25,081 nt of DNA from Saprospiraceae bacterium (GTDB taxonomy: Bacteria > Bacteroidota > Bacteroidia > Chitinophagales > Saprospiraceae), in contig JALEHC010000221.1 of the NCBI GenBank assembly GCA_022763215.1, positions 1-25,081 of the forward strand, in the 5' to 3' direction. How positions within the stretch are numbered: position 1 is the stretch's first letter; each line of letters opens with the position of its first letter. The position numbers and the translations under genes are program-made. Under the pieces are notes generated by a model, which saw only the letters and a program-made list of their open reading frames with translations, was not told the DNA's origin and made no database searches. This document shows positions 14,656 to 21,651 of the stretch, in pieces.

Positions 14656-17400
14656 ATGAAATTAGATGTACAACAGCAGCTCCAGTGGTGGGCCTATTGC
14701 AATGATCGTGCTTTGCAAAACAAACCTCTCTTATACAAATACTTATTCTTGGCTTCTTGGGCAATATTTTTTGCCGGAAACCTGAATGCACAGCAATGTG
14801 GCGCTATTTGTGATGATTTGGTTACTGTTACGCTTAACTCTACAGGTTTGGGTGCCGCACCTGCAACAACCTTTGATGAAGGAACAGCAGCTTCCTGCTG
14901 TGTCGATTTTTTTGAAGTAAAACGCATGACTGACCCGGATGCGGCCTTCAATTCCAGTGTCGTATTTTCTTGTGCCGACGTCGACAACGGTCCGGTATCT
15001 GTTATTTTAAGAGTAGTTGGCTGTGATGGCTCTACCAGTACCTGCATGTCCCTAGCGAATGTGGAAGATAATATTGATCCGGTATTGGCTTGCCCAAACC
15101 CCATGACGGTTGGTTGCGGCCTGGGCGATAGCTCTCCGTCTATGACTGGACAGCCGGAAGTAACAGAAGCTTGCGGTGTGGCCGACTTGTTTTATATAGA
15201 CAATACCTTCGATACCAACTGTGGTGGAGGTTTTATAGAACGCGTATGGACGGCAACTGACCCTTCCGGAAATGCAGGCACTTGCGTGCAAATTATAAAC
15301 ATTGAAGATACGACGCCATTGATGGTCGATTTCCCAGATGACTATACGGTAAACTCTTGTGTAACCGTGGATGATCTGGACCCAGAAGATTTGCCAGCTC
15401 CTTTTGACTTTCCGGTTATTAATGGGGATGATTGCGAAATGGTATTTCAAAGTCATGAAGACTTTGTATTTACGGCAAGTGGAAATTCCTGTATCAAAAT
15501 ATTGAGAACCTGGAAAATTATTGACTGGTGTGTTTATAACCCAGGAGGAACAGATGGATTATACGAAGATGTACAAATTATCAAAGTAAACGATAATGCA
15601 CCTCCAACTTATGATTGCCCGGAGGACTATACCGTTGCTTTTCTTGATAGTGATTGTGATACTGATATCACAATTCCGATGCCAGATAATATTGACGATT
15701 GTTTACCGGATGTAGATGTGCATGTAAGTGGTGTGCTTGGAACCGGATTTAGTTATGAAGATGTCGGGGAAGGTACTTATGGTTTTACGTATACGCTGAC
15801 AGATGGTTGTGGTAATTCCAGTAGTTGCAGCATTAATGTAACGGTCGTAGATGGGAATGCACCAGACTTTGTTTGTTTGAATGGATTGGCGGTTTCTTTG
15901 ATGCCGAGTGGAATGATAGAGTTGGCAGCCGATGATTTTATTCAGTATGTGAGCGATAATTGTACCGCCACTTCCAATATCCAATTGCGAATTGGTGGGG
16001 CACCAGAACCGGGGCAAGATGATCCACCTGCTGAAAATAGCATTGTTTTTACATGTGATGACCTCGGCAATAATGTAGTGGCTATCTGGGCTGGTGATGA
16101 GGCTGGCAATTGGGATTATTGCCTTACTTATGTAGAAATTCAGGACAATAGCAATGGTTGTAACCCTATTACTGGGGGTATAAGCTTGGGTGGATACATC
16201 CAGAATGAAGACGGTGCTGAGTTAGAAAACATTATGGTGCGCCTAAATGAGGACGAAGAATTAGAAAGTATGACAGACTCTATTGGGGGCTATATGTTTG
16301 AACCAATTGAGCCAGGTATAGATTACTCCATCAAACCAGAAAAAGACACCAGTTATATGGAAGGTGTAAATACGTTGGATTTGATTTACTTGATGCGTCA
16401 TATTACGGGTACAGATCCTTTGGAGTCGCCCTATAAAATTATTGCAGCAGATATTGATAATTCTGGTAATGTCAGCATTATGGATGCAATATCTTTGCAG
16501 CGATGTATTTTATCGGTTACGGATACTTTCCCGAATAATACGAGCTGGCGATTTGTGAAATCTTCTTACTTATTCCCAAATCCGCTAAATCCGTTTACAC
16601 CACCATTTCCAGAGCAGATTGAAGCAGATAGCATGCTGCTAAATATGTTTAATGCTGACTTTGTGGGTATTAAGGTTGGTGATCTGGATAATTCTAGTAT
16701 GGCTTCTGCATTGCAGGAAACTACAGATCGTTCTGGCAATTTGTTGTTGTATACCAAGGAGCAACAGTTCAATGAAGGAGAAAAAGTTATGATTGAAGTA
16801 CGTGCTGCTGATTTTGCTTCATTGGCAGGTATGCAATGGGCTTTTGAGTTGGATTTGACTTCCGTCAAATGGGAATCTGTTCTTCCTGGAGTCATTCCGA
16901 TGGATGGTACAAATGCACATTTATCGAAAGATGGTCAATTGCGTTTTAGTTGGGCTACTGGCAATGCCTATACGGTAAAACAAGATGATATCTTGTTTAC
17001 TATTGTATTAGAAGCTTTAGCTGATAATAATATTAGTAATATTTTTCAGATGAATAGTCAATCTGCTTGGAAAAAAGCTTATTTGTCTAACAATCTGAAT
17101 AAGGTGGAAACACAATTGTTTGTGCAACAAGGAGATGCAAGTACCCTTGAGGTAATGGAAGCCTATCCGAATCCAACTGTAGGGCAAACAATGATTCCAT
17201 TTGTACTACCACAGCAAGCGGAGGTTCAGTTGAATGTATGGGACTCGAATGGACAATTGATTTTTTCAAATAAGCAAATATTTGCTGCAGGCCAGCATGC
17301 ATGGGCTATTGAAGCCAATGATTTGCCGGTATCAGGTACTTATTGGTATGAAGTAAAAACAGACGGAAAGACAAGCAGAGCAAAGCTAGTCAAACTATAA
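14656..17400 (+). CDS. Paralogous T9SS type A cargo protein (914 aa). Its domains in order are: HYR/Ig-like modules, a CarbopepD-regulatory-like segment, a dockerin-like module, a cohesin-like module, and a Por_Secre_tail CTD.
   Basis: ATG at 14656. The signal peptide has a similarly long n-region (…AIFFAGNLNAQ/QC). Residues 1-914 align colinearly with residues ~405-1325 of the upstream gene. Examples: CIKILRTWKIIDWCVYNP...EDVQIIKVNDNAPP vs CYKILRTWTVIDWCQYDP...SDVQVIKVEDNEAP, and VNTLDLIYLMRHITGTDPLESPYKIIAADIDNSGNVSIMD vs VNTLDMIKISRHILGVQKLDSPYKMIAADVDGSGSISVLD. The C-terminus EAYPNPTVGQTMIPFVLPQQAEVQLNVWDSNGQLIF....SGTYWYEVKTDGKTSRAKLVKL is a type A CTD. Confidence 0.9.
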   Translation: MKLDVQQQLQWWAYCNDRALQNKPLLYKYLFLASWAIFFAGNLNAQQCGAICDDLVTVTLNSTGLGAAPATTFDEGTAASCCVDFFEVKRMTDPDAAFNSSVVFSCADVDNGPVSVILRVVGCDGSTSTCMSLANVEDNIDPVLACPNPMTVGCGLGDSSPSMTGQPEVTEACGVADLFYIDNTFDTNCGGGFIERVWTATDPSGNAGTCVQIINIEDTTPLMVDFPDDYTVNSCVTVDDLDPEDLPAPFDFPVINGDDCEMVFQSHEDFVFTASGNSCIKILRTWKIIDWCVYNPGGTDGLYEDVQIIKVNDNAPPTYDCPEDYTVAFLDSDCDTDITIPMPDNIDDCLPDVDVHVSGVLGTGFSYEDVGEGTYGFTYTLTDGCGNSSSCSINVTVVDGNAPDFVCLNGLAVSLMPSGMIELAADDFIQYVSDNCTATSNIQLRIGGAPEPGQDDPPAENSIVFTCDDLGNNVVAIWAGDEAGNWDYCLTYVEIQDNSNGCNPITGGISLGGYIQNEDGAELENIMVRLNEDEELESMTDSIGGYMFEPIEPGIDYSIKPEKDTSYMEGVNTLDLIYLMRHITGTDPLESPYKIIAADIDNSGNVSIMDAISLQRCILSVTDTFPNNTSWRFVKSSYLFPNPLNPFTPPFPEQIEADSMLLNMFNADFVGIKVGDLDNSSMASALQETTDRSGNLLLYTKEQQFNEGEKVMIEVRAADFASLAGMQWAFELDLTSVKWESVLPGVIPMDGTNAHLSKDGQLRFSWATGNAYTVKQDDILFTIVLEALADNNISNIFQMNSQSAWKKAYLSNNLNKVETQLFVQQGDASTLEVMEAYPNPTVGQTMIPFVLPQQAEVQLNVWDSNGQLIFSNKQIFAAGQHAWAIEANDLPVSGTYWYEVKTDGKTSRAKLVKL
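15601..15852 (+). other. HYR domain of the 14656-17400 CDS.
   Basis: PPTYDCPEDYTVAFLDSDCDTDITIPMPDNIDDCLPDVDV...EGTYGFTYTLTDGCGNSSSCSINVTVVDGNAP. Confidence 0.6.
16327..16515 (+). other. Dockerin-like module of the 14656-17400 CDS.
   Basis: KDTSYMEGVNTLDLIYLMRHITGTDPLESPYKIIAADIDNSGNVSIMDAISLQRCIL. Confidence 0.55.
16738..17070 (+). other. Cohesin-like module of the 14656-17400 CDS.
   Basis: LLLYTKEQQFNEGEKVMIEVRAADFASLAGMQWAFELDLTSVKWESVLPG...DGQLRFSWATGNAYTVKQDDILFTIVLEALAD. Confidence 0.45.
17143..17397 (+). other. T9SS type A C-terminal sorting domain.
   Basis: LEVMEAYPNPTVGQTMIPFVLPQQAEVQLNVWDSNGQLIFSNKQIFAAGQHAWAIEANDLPVSGTYWYEVKTDGKTSRAKLVKL. Confidence 0.85.
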
Positions 17401-17429
17401 AAAAAGGCTTCATCATAGCCTAATATGTA

Positions 17430-17474
17430 ATCATAGTACGAGTGTTGGCGAACACGTTAGCACTGTACTATGAT
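17430..17474 (+). terminator. Probable terminator of the 14656-17400 gene.
   Basis: ATCATAGTAC(g)AGTG ... CACTGTACTATGAT forms a 14-bp stem with a 1-nt bulge and a 16-nt loop. It is followed by a TTATTT tract, which is a weak U-run. Confidence 0.4.
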
Positions 17475-17830
17475 TTATTTCAGAATATTACACATTTAAA
17501 TTTAATTGTATTTTTATAAAATATATTTGAAAAATACCCCCTTGAGGGTATTACAAAATCCTGTGTAAAACGTACATTTGTAATATATAAAGGCACAAGC
17601 TAAATTCTACCATAATTATAAGATGCAAGATTCAAAGCAAGTTTATAGCGTTTCTTAACTACATAATTACAAGCAAACACTGCACCATCCTAAGTTTTAA
17701 AGCATCGCTTACACCAAAGACAAATAATCAAACTAGAGAATTGAATTGACATTGTATTGCACTTATTCTCATTCGAACAAGTCAATACATCAAAGATATA
17801 TTGGTATTAATATCCACCATAAGAAACAGC

Positions 17831-17875
17831 TTTTGGGATGGCCTCTCTCCATGTATTTGGCGGGGGGCTTTTTTC
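17831..17875 (+). repeat. Copy 3 of the TTTTGGGATGGCCTCTCTCC ... GGCGGGGGGC-T-run hairpin, a terminator-like repeat, located 75 nt upstream of yraN.
   Basis: GCCTCTCTCC (17841-17850) pairs with GGCGGGGGGC (17859-17868), followed by TTTTTT. The 5' flank is identical to that at 8021. Confidence 0.5.
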
Positions 17876-17946
17876 ATATATGCTATTAGGTATTTCCTGC
17901 GTTGAATATAGAAGTCTTTTCTCTTAACTAAATTGATTTTTTCCCT

Positions 17947-18315
17947 TTGGCAAGACATAACGACATCGGACAGCAAGGCGAGGCACTAGCTCAAAACTAC
18001 CTGAACAACGCAGGCTTCGAAATACTGGAACAAAACTGGCGCCATAGTAAAGCAGAAGTGGACTTGATTGCAAAAGATGGAGCCATTTTAGTGTTTATAG
18101 AAGTAAAAACCAGAAGTTATGCTCATTTTGGCCAACCCGAGGCGTTTGTCACACCCAAGAAAATGCAACTCTTGGCCAAAGCAGCATCTGTATATATGGA
18201 GCAAATTGGTCATGACTGGGAGATTCGCTTCGATGTCGTTTCTGTCATTTTACCGGAAGGTAAACCACCCCAAATTCAACATTTTCCGGATGCTTTCTTT
18301 CCTGGCCTGGCCTAA
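17947..18315 (+). CDS. yraN: YraN-family (UPF0102) predicted PD-(D/E)xK-like endonuclease. It uses a TTG start codon.
   Basis: The 122-aa product begins MARHNDIGQQGEALAQNYL..GFEILEQNWR...EVDLIAKDG..LVFIEVKTR, which is the typical YraN N-terminus with its E...D...E.K pattern. The ORF opens after the TAA at 17923-25, and the first in-frame start is TTG at 17947, with no upstream ATG. The stop is TAA at 18313-15. Confidence 0.75.
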   Translation: MARHNDIGQQGEALAQNYLNNAGFEILEQNWRHSKAEVDLIAKDGAILVFIEVKTRSYAHFGQPEAFVTPKKMQLLAKAASVYMEQIGHDWEIRFDVVSVILPEGKPPQIQHFPDAFFPGLA

Positions 18316-18893
18316 ATCATTCCTTCAAAATCTTCCAAAATTAGCCCCATCAACATTTGGTCTTCCATTACACCAGTTGGCTTAAGGTGAGCAGCTCTCA
18401 GGTCGCCTTCGCGGCGAAATCCACATTTGCGCGCCAGACGCTGGCTGGAATAATTATCCATGGCAGTGCGGATATAAAGTTTTCGCATTTTTAATTGTTG
18501 GAACGCAAATTGAATAACTGCAAAAGTAGCCTCCGTCATAATACCCTTTTCGCCAAATTCGCGATCAATGAAGTATCGTAATTCTGAATGCGGAAGCTGC
18601 CATTTGATATCAAACAACCAAACGATACCGATCAATTTCGCACTTTCGTTATCCCATACGCCAAACATATATTCTTGCTGAAGCAACCAGTGTGCAATTT
18701 TTTGACGAATAAAAATTTCGCAGGCCTCTTTTGTTTTAGCAATTTCTACCGTTTCCGGAAAATATTCACTAAGTCGCGAATGATTATTCTGAATGAGTTG
18801 GTACAATTGTTCCCCTTCATTCTCTCTGAATCGTCGCACTACCGTGCGCTTTGTCAAAAGTGCGGTATCAATATCAAGTAATTGTGGCTGCAT
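18312..18893 (-). CDS. GNAT-family N-acetyltransferase, RimJ/RimL-like (ribosomal-protein N-acetyltransferase family).
   Basis: The C-terminal GNAT core is (L/I)IGIVWLFDI...HSELRYFIDREFGEKGIMTEATFAVIQFAFQQLKMRKLYIRTAMDNYSSQRLARKCGFRREGDLRAAH. The likely ATG start is at 18893 (MQPQLLDIDTALLTKRTVVRRF...), and the six-frame ORF extends to a TTG at 18941. The stop TAG (complement of 18312-14) overlaps the yraN stop codon. Confidence 0.8.
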   Translation of the reverse strand: MQPQLLDIDTALLTKRTVVRRFRENEGEQLYQLIQNNHSRLSEYFPETVEIAKTKEACEIFIRQKIAHWLLQQEYMFGVWDNESAKLIGIVWLFDIKWQLPHSELRYFIDREFGEKGIMTEATFAVIQFAFQQLKMRKLYIRTAMDNYSSQRLARKCGFRREGDLRAAHLKPTGVMEDQMLMGLILEDFEGMI

Positions 18894-19249
18894 AGGACTA
18901 CTTTGAATGTCAAAACGTTTTGTCAGATTTTGACTTCCCAAAATATGTTAAATTTGTACAGAAAGGAAAGAAATACACCTTCCATTTGATGACCCATAAA
19001 AATATTACAATGAGCAGAGGCTTAAGTTTGATTTTTACTTGTTTGATTACCTACCACTTGAGCTTGCCTGCCCAGCATAATTCACTTTGGCAATTGGCAA
19101 GTCATTTTTAGAAAACAATCAAGTGGAGCTGTACATTTAGGTAGGTAACGAACAAGCCGTAATGGCCAAAGGCACAGACCTACAACTCAAAGCAGCCGCA
19201 AAGGAACTGCTGCGGTGAGCGAGCAAGAGCAAAAAGAGAGTAACATATT

Positions 19250-20389
19250 ATGAGAATTCTGGAAGAAGTGCGGTTTAAGATGATGCTTCAGCATGTATTT
19301 TTCATTGCACTGGTATGGGCAGTGATTGGGGGCTTGGATGCTATGAATACGCATGCCATGTCCCAAACGGCACTTCTCCAACCTACAGAACGCTATCAAT
19401 TTGCGCCATATCTGTTTGTGAATACCCTGATGTGGTTTATTTCAGGACTAATTTCGGGAGGTGTGCTTATTTTTTATTTGCGCGAAAGCGGCCGATCTAA
19501 AACCTTTGGCATGGCTTTTTTGCAAAATAGCCTTGTGTTGAGTCTGATTCATTTTAGTGTGCATGGTATTGTTTTTCAATTGATTCGATATAGTGTTGGG
19601 GTGGGGGCGGTAGAGCGAAGTTCTATTTTGTATGATGCCTTTGGGCTTTTGGGAAGCCCTTATTATACCAAGAGTGTCGTACTGGGGTATATTGTAGCTG
19701 CTTTCACGATTGTGTCGCTAAATGTGAATGAAAAATATGGCCCAGGAATGCTCCGAAAAATGCTGCTCGGAAATTATTACCAACCAAAACAAGAAGAGCG
19801 AATATTCATGTTTGTGGATATCAAATCAGCGACCACCATTGCAGAAATGTTGGGGCATATTCGATTCCATAATTTATTGAATGATTTTTTTAGGGATGTG
19901 ACTAATCCGATTTTGTATACTTCTGGAGAGGTGATTCAATATGTGGGAGATGAGATTGTTGTTTCTTGGACGATGGACAAAGGCTTACCGAATGCTAATT
20001 GTCTACGTTGTTTTTATGAGATGCAAGTCAGTATTCAAAAACGTTCTGAACGATACCAACAGAGGTATGGGTTGGTTCCTGAATTTAAAGGAGGGCTACA
20101 CTGTGGTGTGGTGACTGCTGGTGAAATCGGGGTGATTAAAAAAGATGTGGTATTTTCTGGCGATGTGGTCAATACGACTGCTCGTATTCAGACGCTTTGT
20201 AATGAATACAATGTCAATTTGTTACTCTCTAAATATTTGCTCGACAAACTCAATCTACCTCCCAGTAATTTTTATCCAAAACGTATGGGGGTTACAGAGC
20301 TGAAAGGGAAGCGCCAAAAGATTGAGCTGTATACTTTCGAGGAAAATGAACGCAATCAGTTGTTTTATCCGGTCTTGGTGCAGGATTAG
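19250..20389 (+). CDS. Membrane-anchored class III nucleotidyl cyclase (adenylate/guanylate cyclase catalytic domain), with four predicted N-terminal TM helices.
   Basis: ATG at 19250. The TM segments are VFFIALVWAVIGGL, LFVNTLMWFISGLISGGVLIFYL, SLVLSLIHFSVHGIVF and SVVLGYIVAAFTIVSL. The cyclase core is IFMFVDIKSATT (first metal Asp), YVGDEIVV (second metal Asp) and GDVVNTTARIQ (transition-state Asn/Arg). Confidence 0.8.
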   Translation: MRILEEVRFKMMLQHVFFIALVWAVIGGLDAMNTHAMSQTALLQPTERYQFAPYLFVNTLMWFISGLISGGVLIFYLRESGRSKTFGMAFLQNSLVLSLIHFSVHGIVFQLIRYSVGVGAVERSSILYDAFGLLGSPYYTKSVVLGYIVAAFTIVSLNVNEKYGPGMLRKMLLGNYYQPKQEERIFMFVDIKSATTIAEMLGHIRFHNLLNDFFRDVTNPILYTSGEVIQYVGDEIVVSWTMDKGLPNANCLRCFYEMQVSIQKRSERYQQRYGLVPEFKGGLHCGVVTAGEIGVIKKDVVFSGDVVNTTARIQTLCNEYNVNLLLSKYLLDKLNLPPSNFYPKRMGVTELKGKRQKIELYTFEENERNQLFYPVLVQD

Positions 20390-20494
20390 TTTTTTGGGGA
20401 CGCAGAGATAATGGAGCTTTCACAGAGGTCGTAGAGAGAACTACCCTCTGCGAACTCTGCTGAATCTCTATGGACTCTGCGTCCCAAAAAAAAA
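20390..20494. terminator. Bidirectional intrinsic terminator between the convergent cyclase and lipoprotein genes.
   Basis: T6, then GGGGACGCAGAG ... CTCTGCGTCCC (an 11-bp perfect inverted repeat enclosing a nested CAGAGG/CCTCTG hairpin), then A9. U-runs are available on both strands. The terminator sits directly between the stop codons at 20389 and 20495. Confidence 0.7.
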
Positions 20495-21451
20495 TCAATC
20501 AATCCCCACTTCCAGACGCTTATCCATATCTTCCAGGGCATTCTGTTGCCAGTAAGGACTCATGACCGTTTCTGTGCGTTGAGCCACCGTCGTTCTTGGC
20601 TTTTTGTCGAATACAGAAGGGTAAGTATCTAGCCAGCCTTCGATCGTGTAGGGCGGAGCCGGATTGTAGACGATCTGTAACGTTCGCTTGAGTTGTGGGT
20701 ACGTAATTTCATATGCCTTGAGTCCCTCACCTTTTATTTCGGAGCCAGTATAGTCTATTACTTTAGCATTTACCGAAAGGGGCTGAAAATCGAGGTGTAA
20801 CAAACGAGCGATCATCATACTTGGGTACATCTGTAGCTCGCCTGTTGGCAAACGATCAGGATTGATGCGGATGCGATTAAAGAGATCATCTTCGAGTAGT
20901 GCCAGTGGTTTTTTGTTGCGCTGGTCACCTTCTGCCTCAAAGTAGGAGCGAAGTAGTACATCGTATTCACCATCGCGGCGATTGAGTTGCATGAAAGTCT
21001 GGCCGCACCATTCTTGGGAAGAGTTTGTAATCTTCATCGTTTCGGTATATTCCTCACTATTGACGGGCGTAAAAACAGAAGTCATTATATTATAAGTATA
21101 AATACCCGTTGGGAAAGTCCGTACGCGATTATTTTTTAATACCGAGACCGAGTTCGGATTTTGGTAGCGGTCGTTTTTGACCTGCTTGTCGGTCAGGAAA
21201 TCTTCAGTAACAAAAATCAGTACAGCTTCGCCTGGATGTACATCCTTATAGCGATTTTGCGAAAGCGCGTATCTGCTGATTTCTGCTTTGCCTTGGTACC
21301 AATATTTGTCTAATTGATTCGGTTCCCCTTTTTGTTTTTGAGCTGCGGGAATGGCTTTTGCCGTTTGTTCCGCCTCAGAAGCTGTTTGAGGTGTTGTAGG
21401 TTGGCAACTCCAAAGCGCTAAACCTAATGCGATAAAGAAGATATATCTCAT
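20495..21451 (-). CDS. Hypothetical lipoprotein.
   Basis: ATG at 21451 (complement). The signal peptide with a lipobox-like Cys is MRYIFFIALGLALWSC. The 318-aa product has a Gln/Thr-rich linker after the Cys, followed by a globular domain. No recognisable catalytic motif was found. Confidence 0.6.
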   Translation of the reverse strand: MRYIFFIALGLALWSCQPTTPQTASEAEQTAKAIPAAQKQKGEPNQLDKYWYQGKAEISRYALSQNRYKDVHPGEAVLIFVTEDFLTDKQVKNDRYQNPNSVSVLKNNRVRTFPTGIYTYNIMTSVFTPVNSEEYTETMKITNSSQEWCGQTFMQLNRRDGEYDVLLRSYFEAEGDQRNKKPLALLEDDLFNRIRINPDRLPTGELQMYPSMMIARLLHLDFQPLSVNAKVIDYTGSEIKGEGLKAYEITYPQLKRTLQIVYNPAPPYTIEGWLDTYPSVFDKKPRTTVAQRTETVMSPYWQQNALEDMDKRLEVGID

Positions 21452-21651
21452 GTTGTTATTTTTTATTTGAACGAAAAATTAAGGAATTCAGATGTTCCGA
21501 ATGCTGTCATCTGTCACTATCGGACAATCTTTCATCTTTAAAACCGAATTATTGCAAGAGTGTTCTGGTGGTGGGTACAACAAAAAAGGCAGCCCTTTGG
21601 GAGGACTGCCTTCGCAATAGCTAGTAGCTACGCTTTATATAAACACGTCAT

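Noticed and set aside
18119-18385. 88-aa plus-strand ORF overlapping the 3' half of yraN in another frame.
   Set aside because: It is out of frame with the well-supported YraN ORF. The product is basic and low complexity.
18920-19111. 63-aa ORF in the divergent GNAT/cyclase intergenic region.
   Set aside because: It lies in a probable promoter region. It has no SD-independent start context and no conserved features.
19250-20389. Considered the cyclase as part of a Pycsar/CBASS-like antiphage signalling system.
   Set aside because: No effector gene (TIR, TM-only or nuclease) is adjacent. The neighbours are housekeeping (GNAT, yraN, lipoprotein, flotillin). The fused 4TM plus class III cyclase architecture is common for signalling adenylate cyclases. 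The atypical residues are kept only as a low-interest note.
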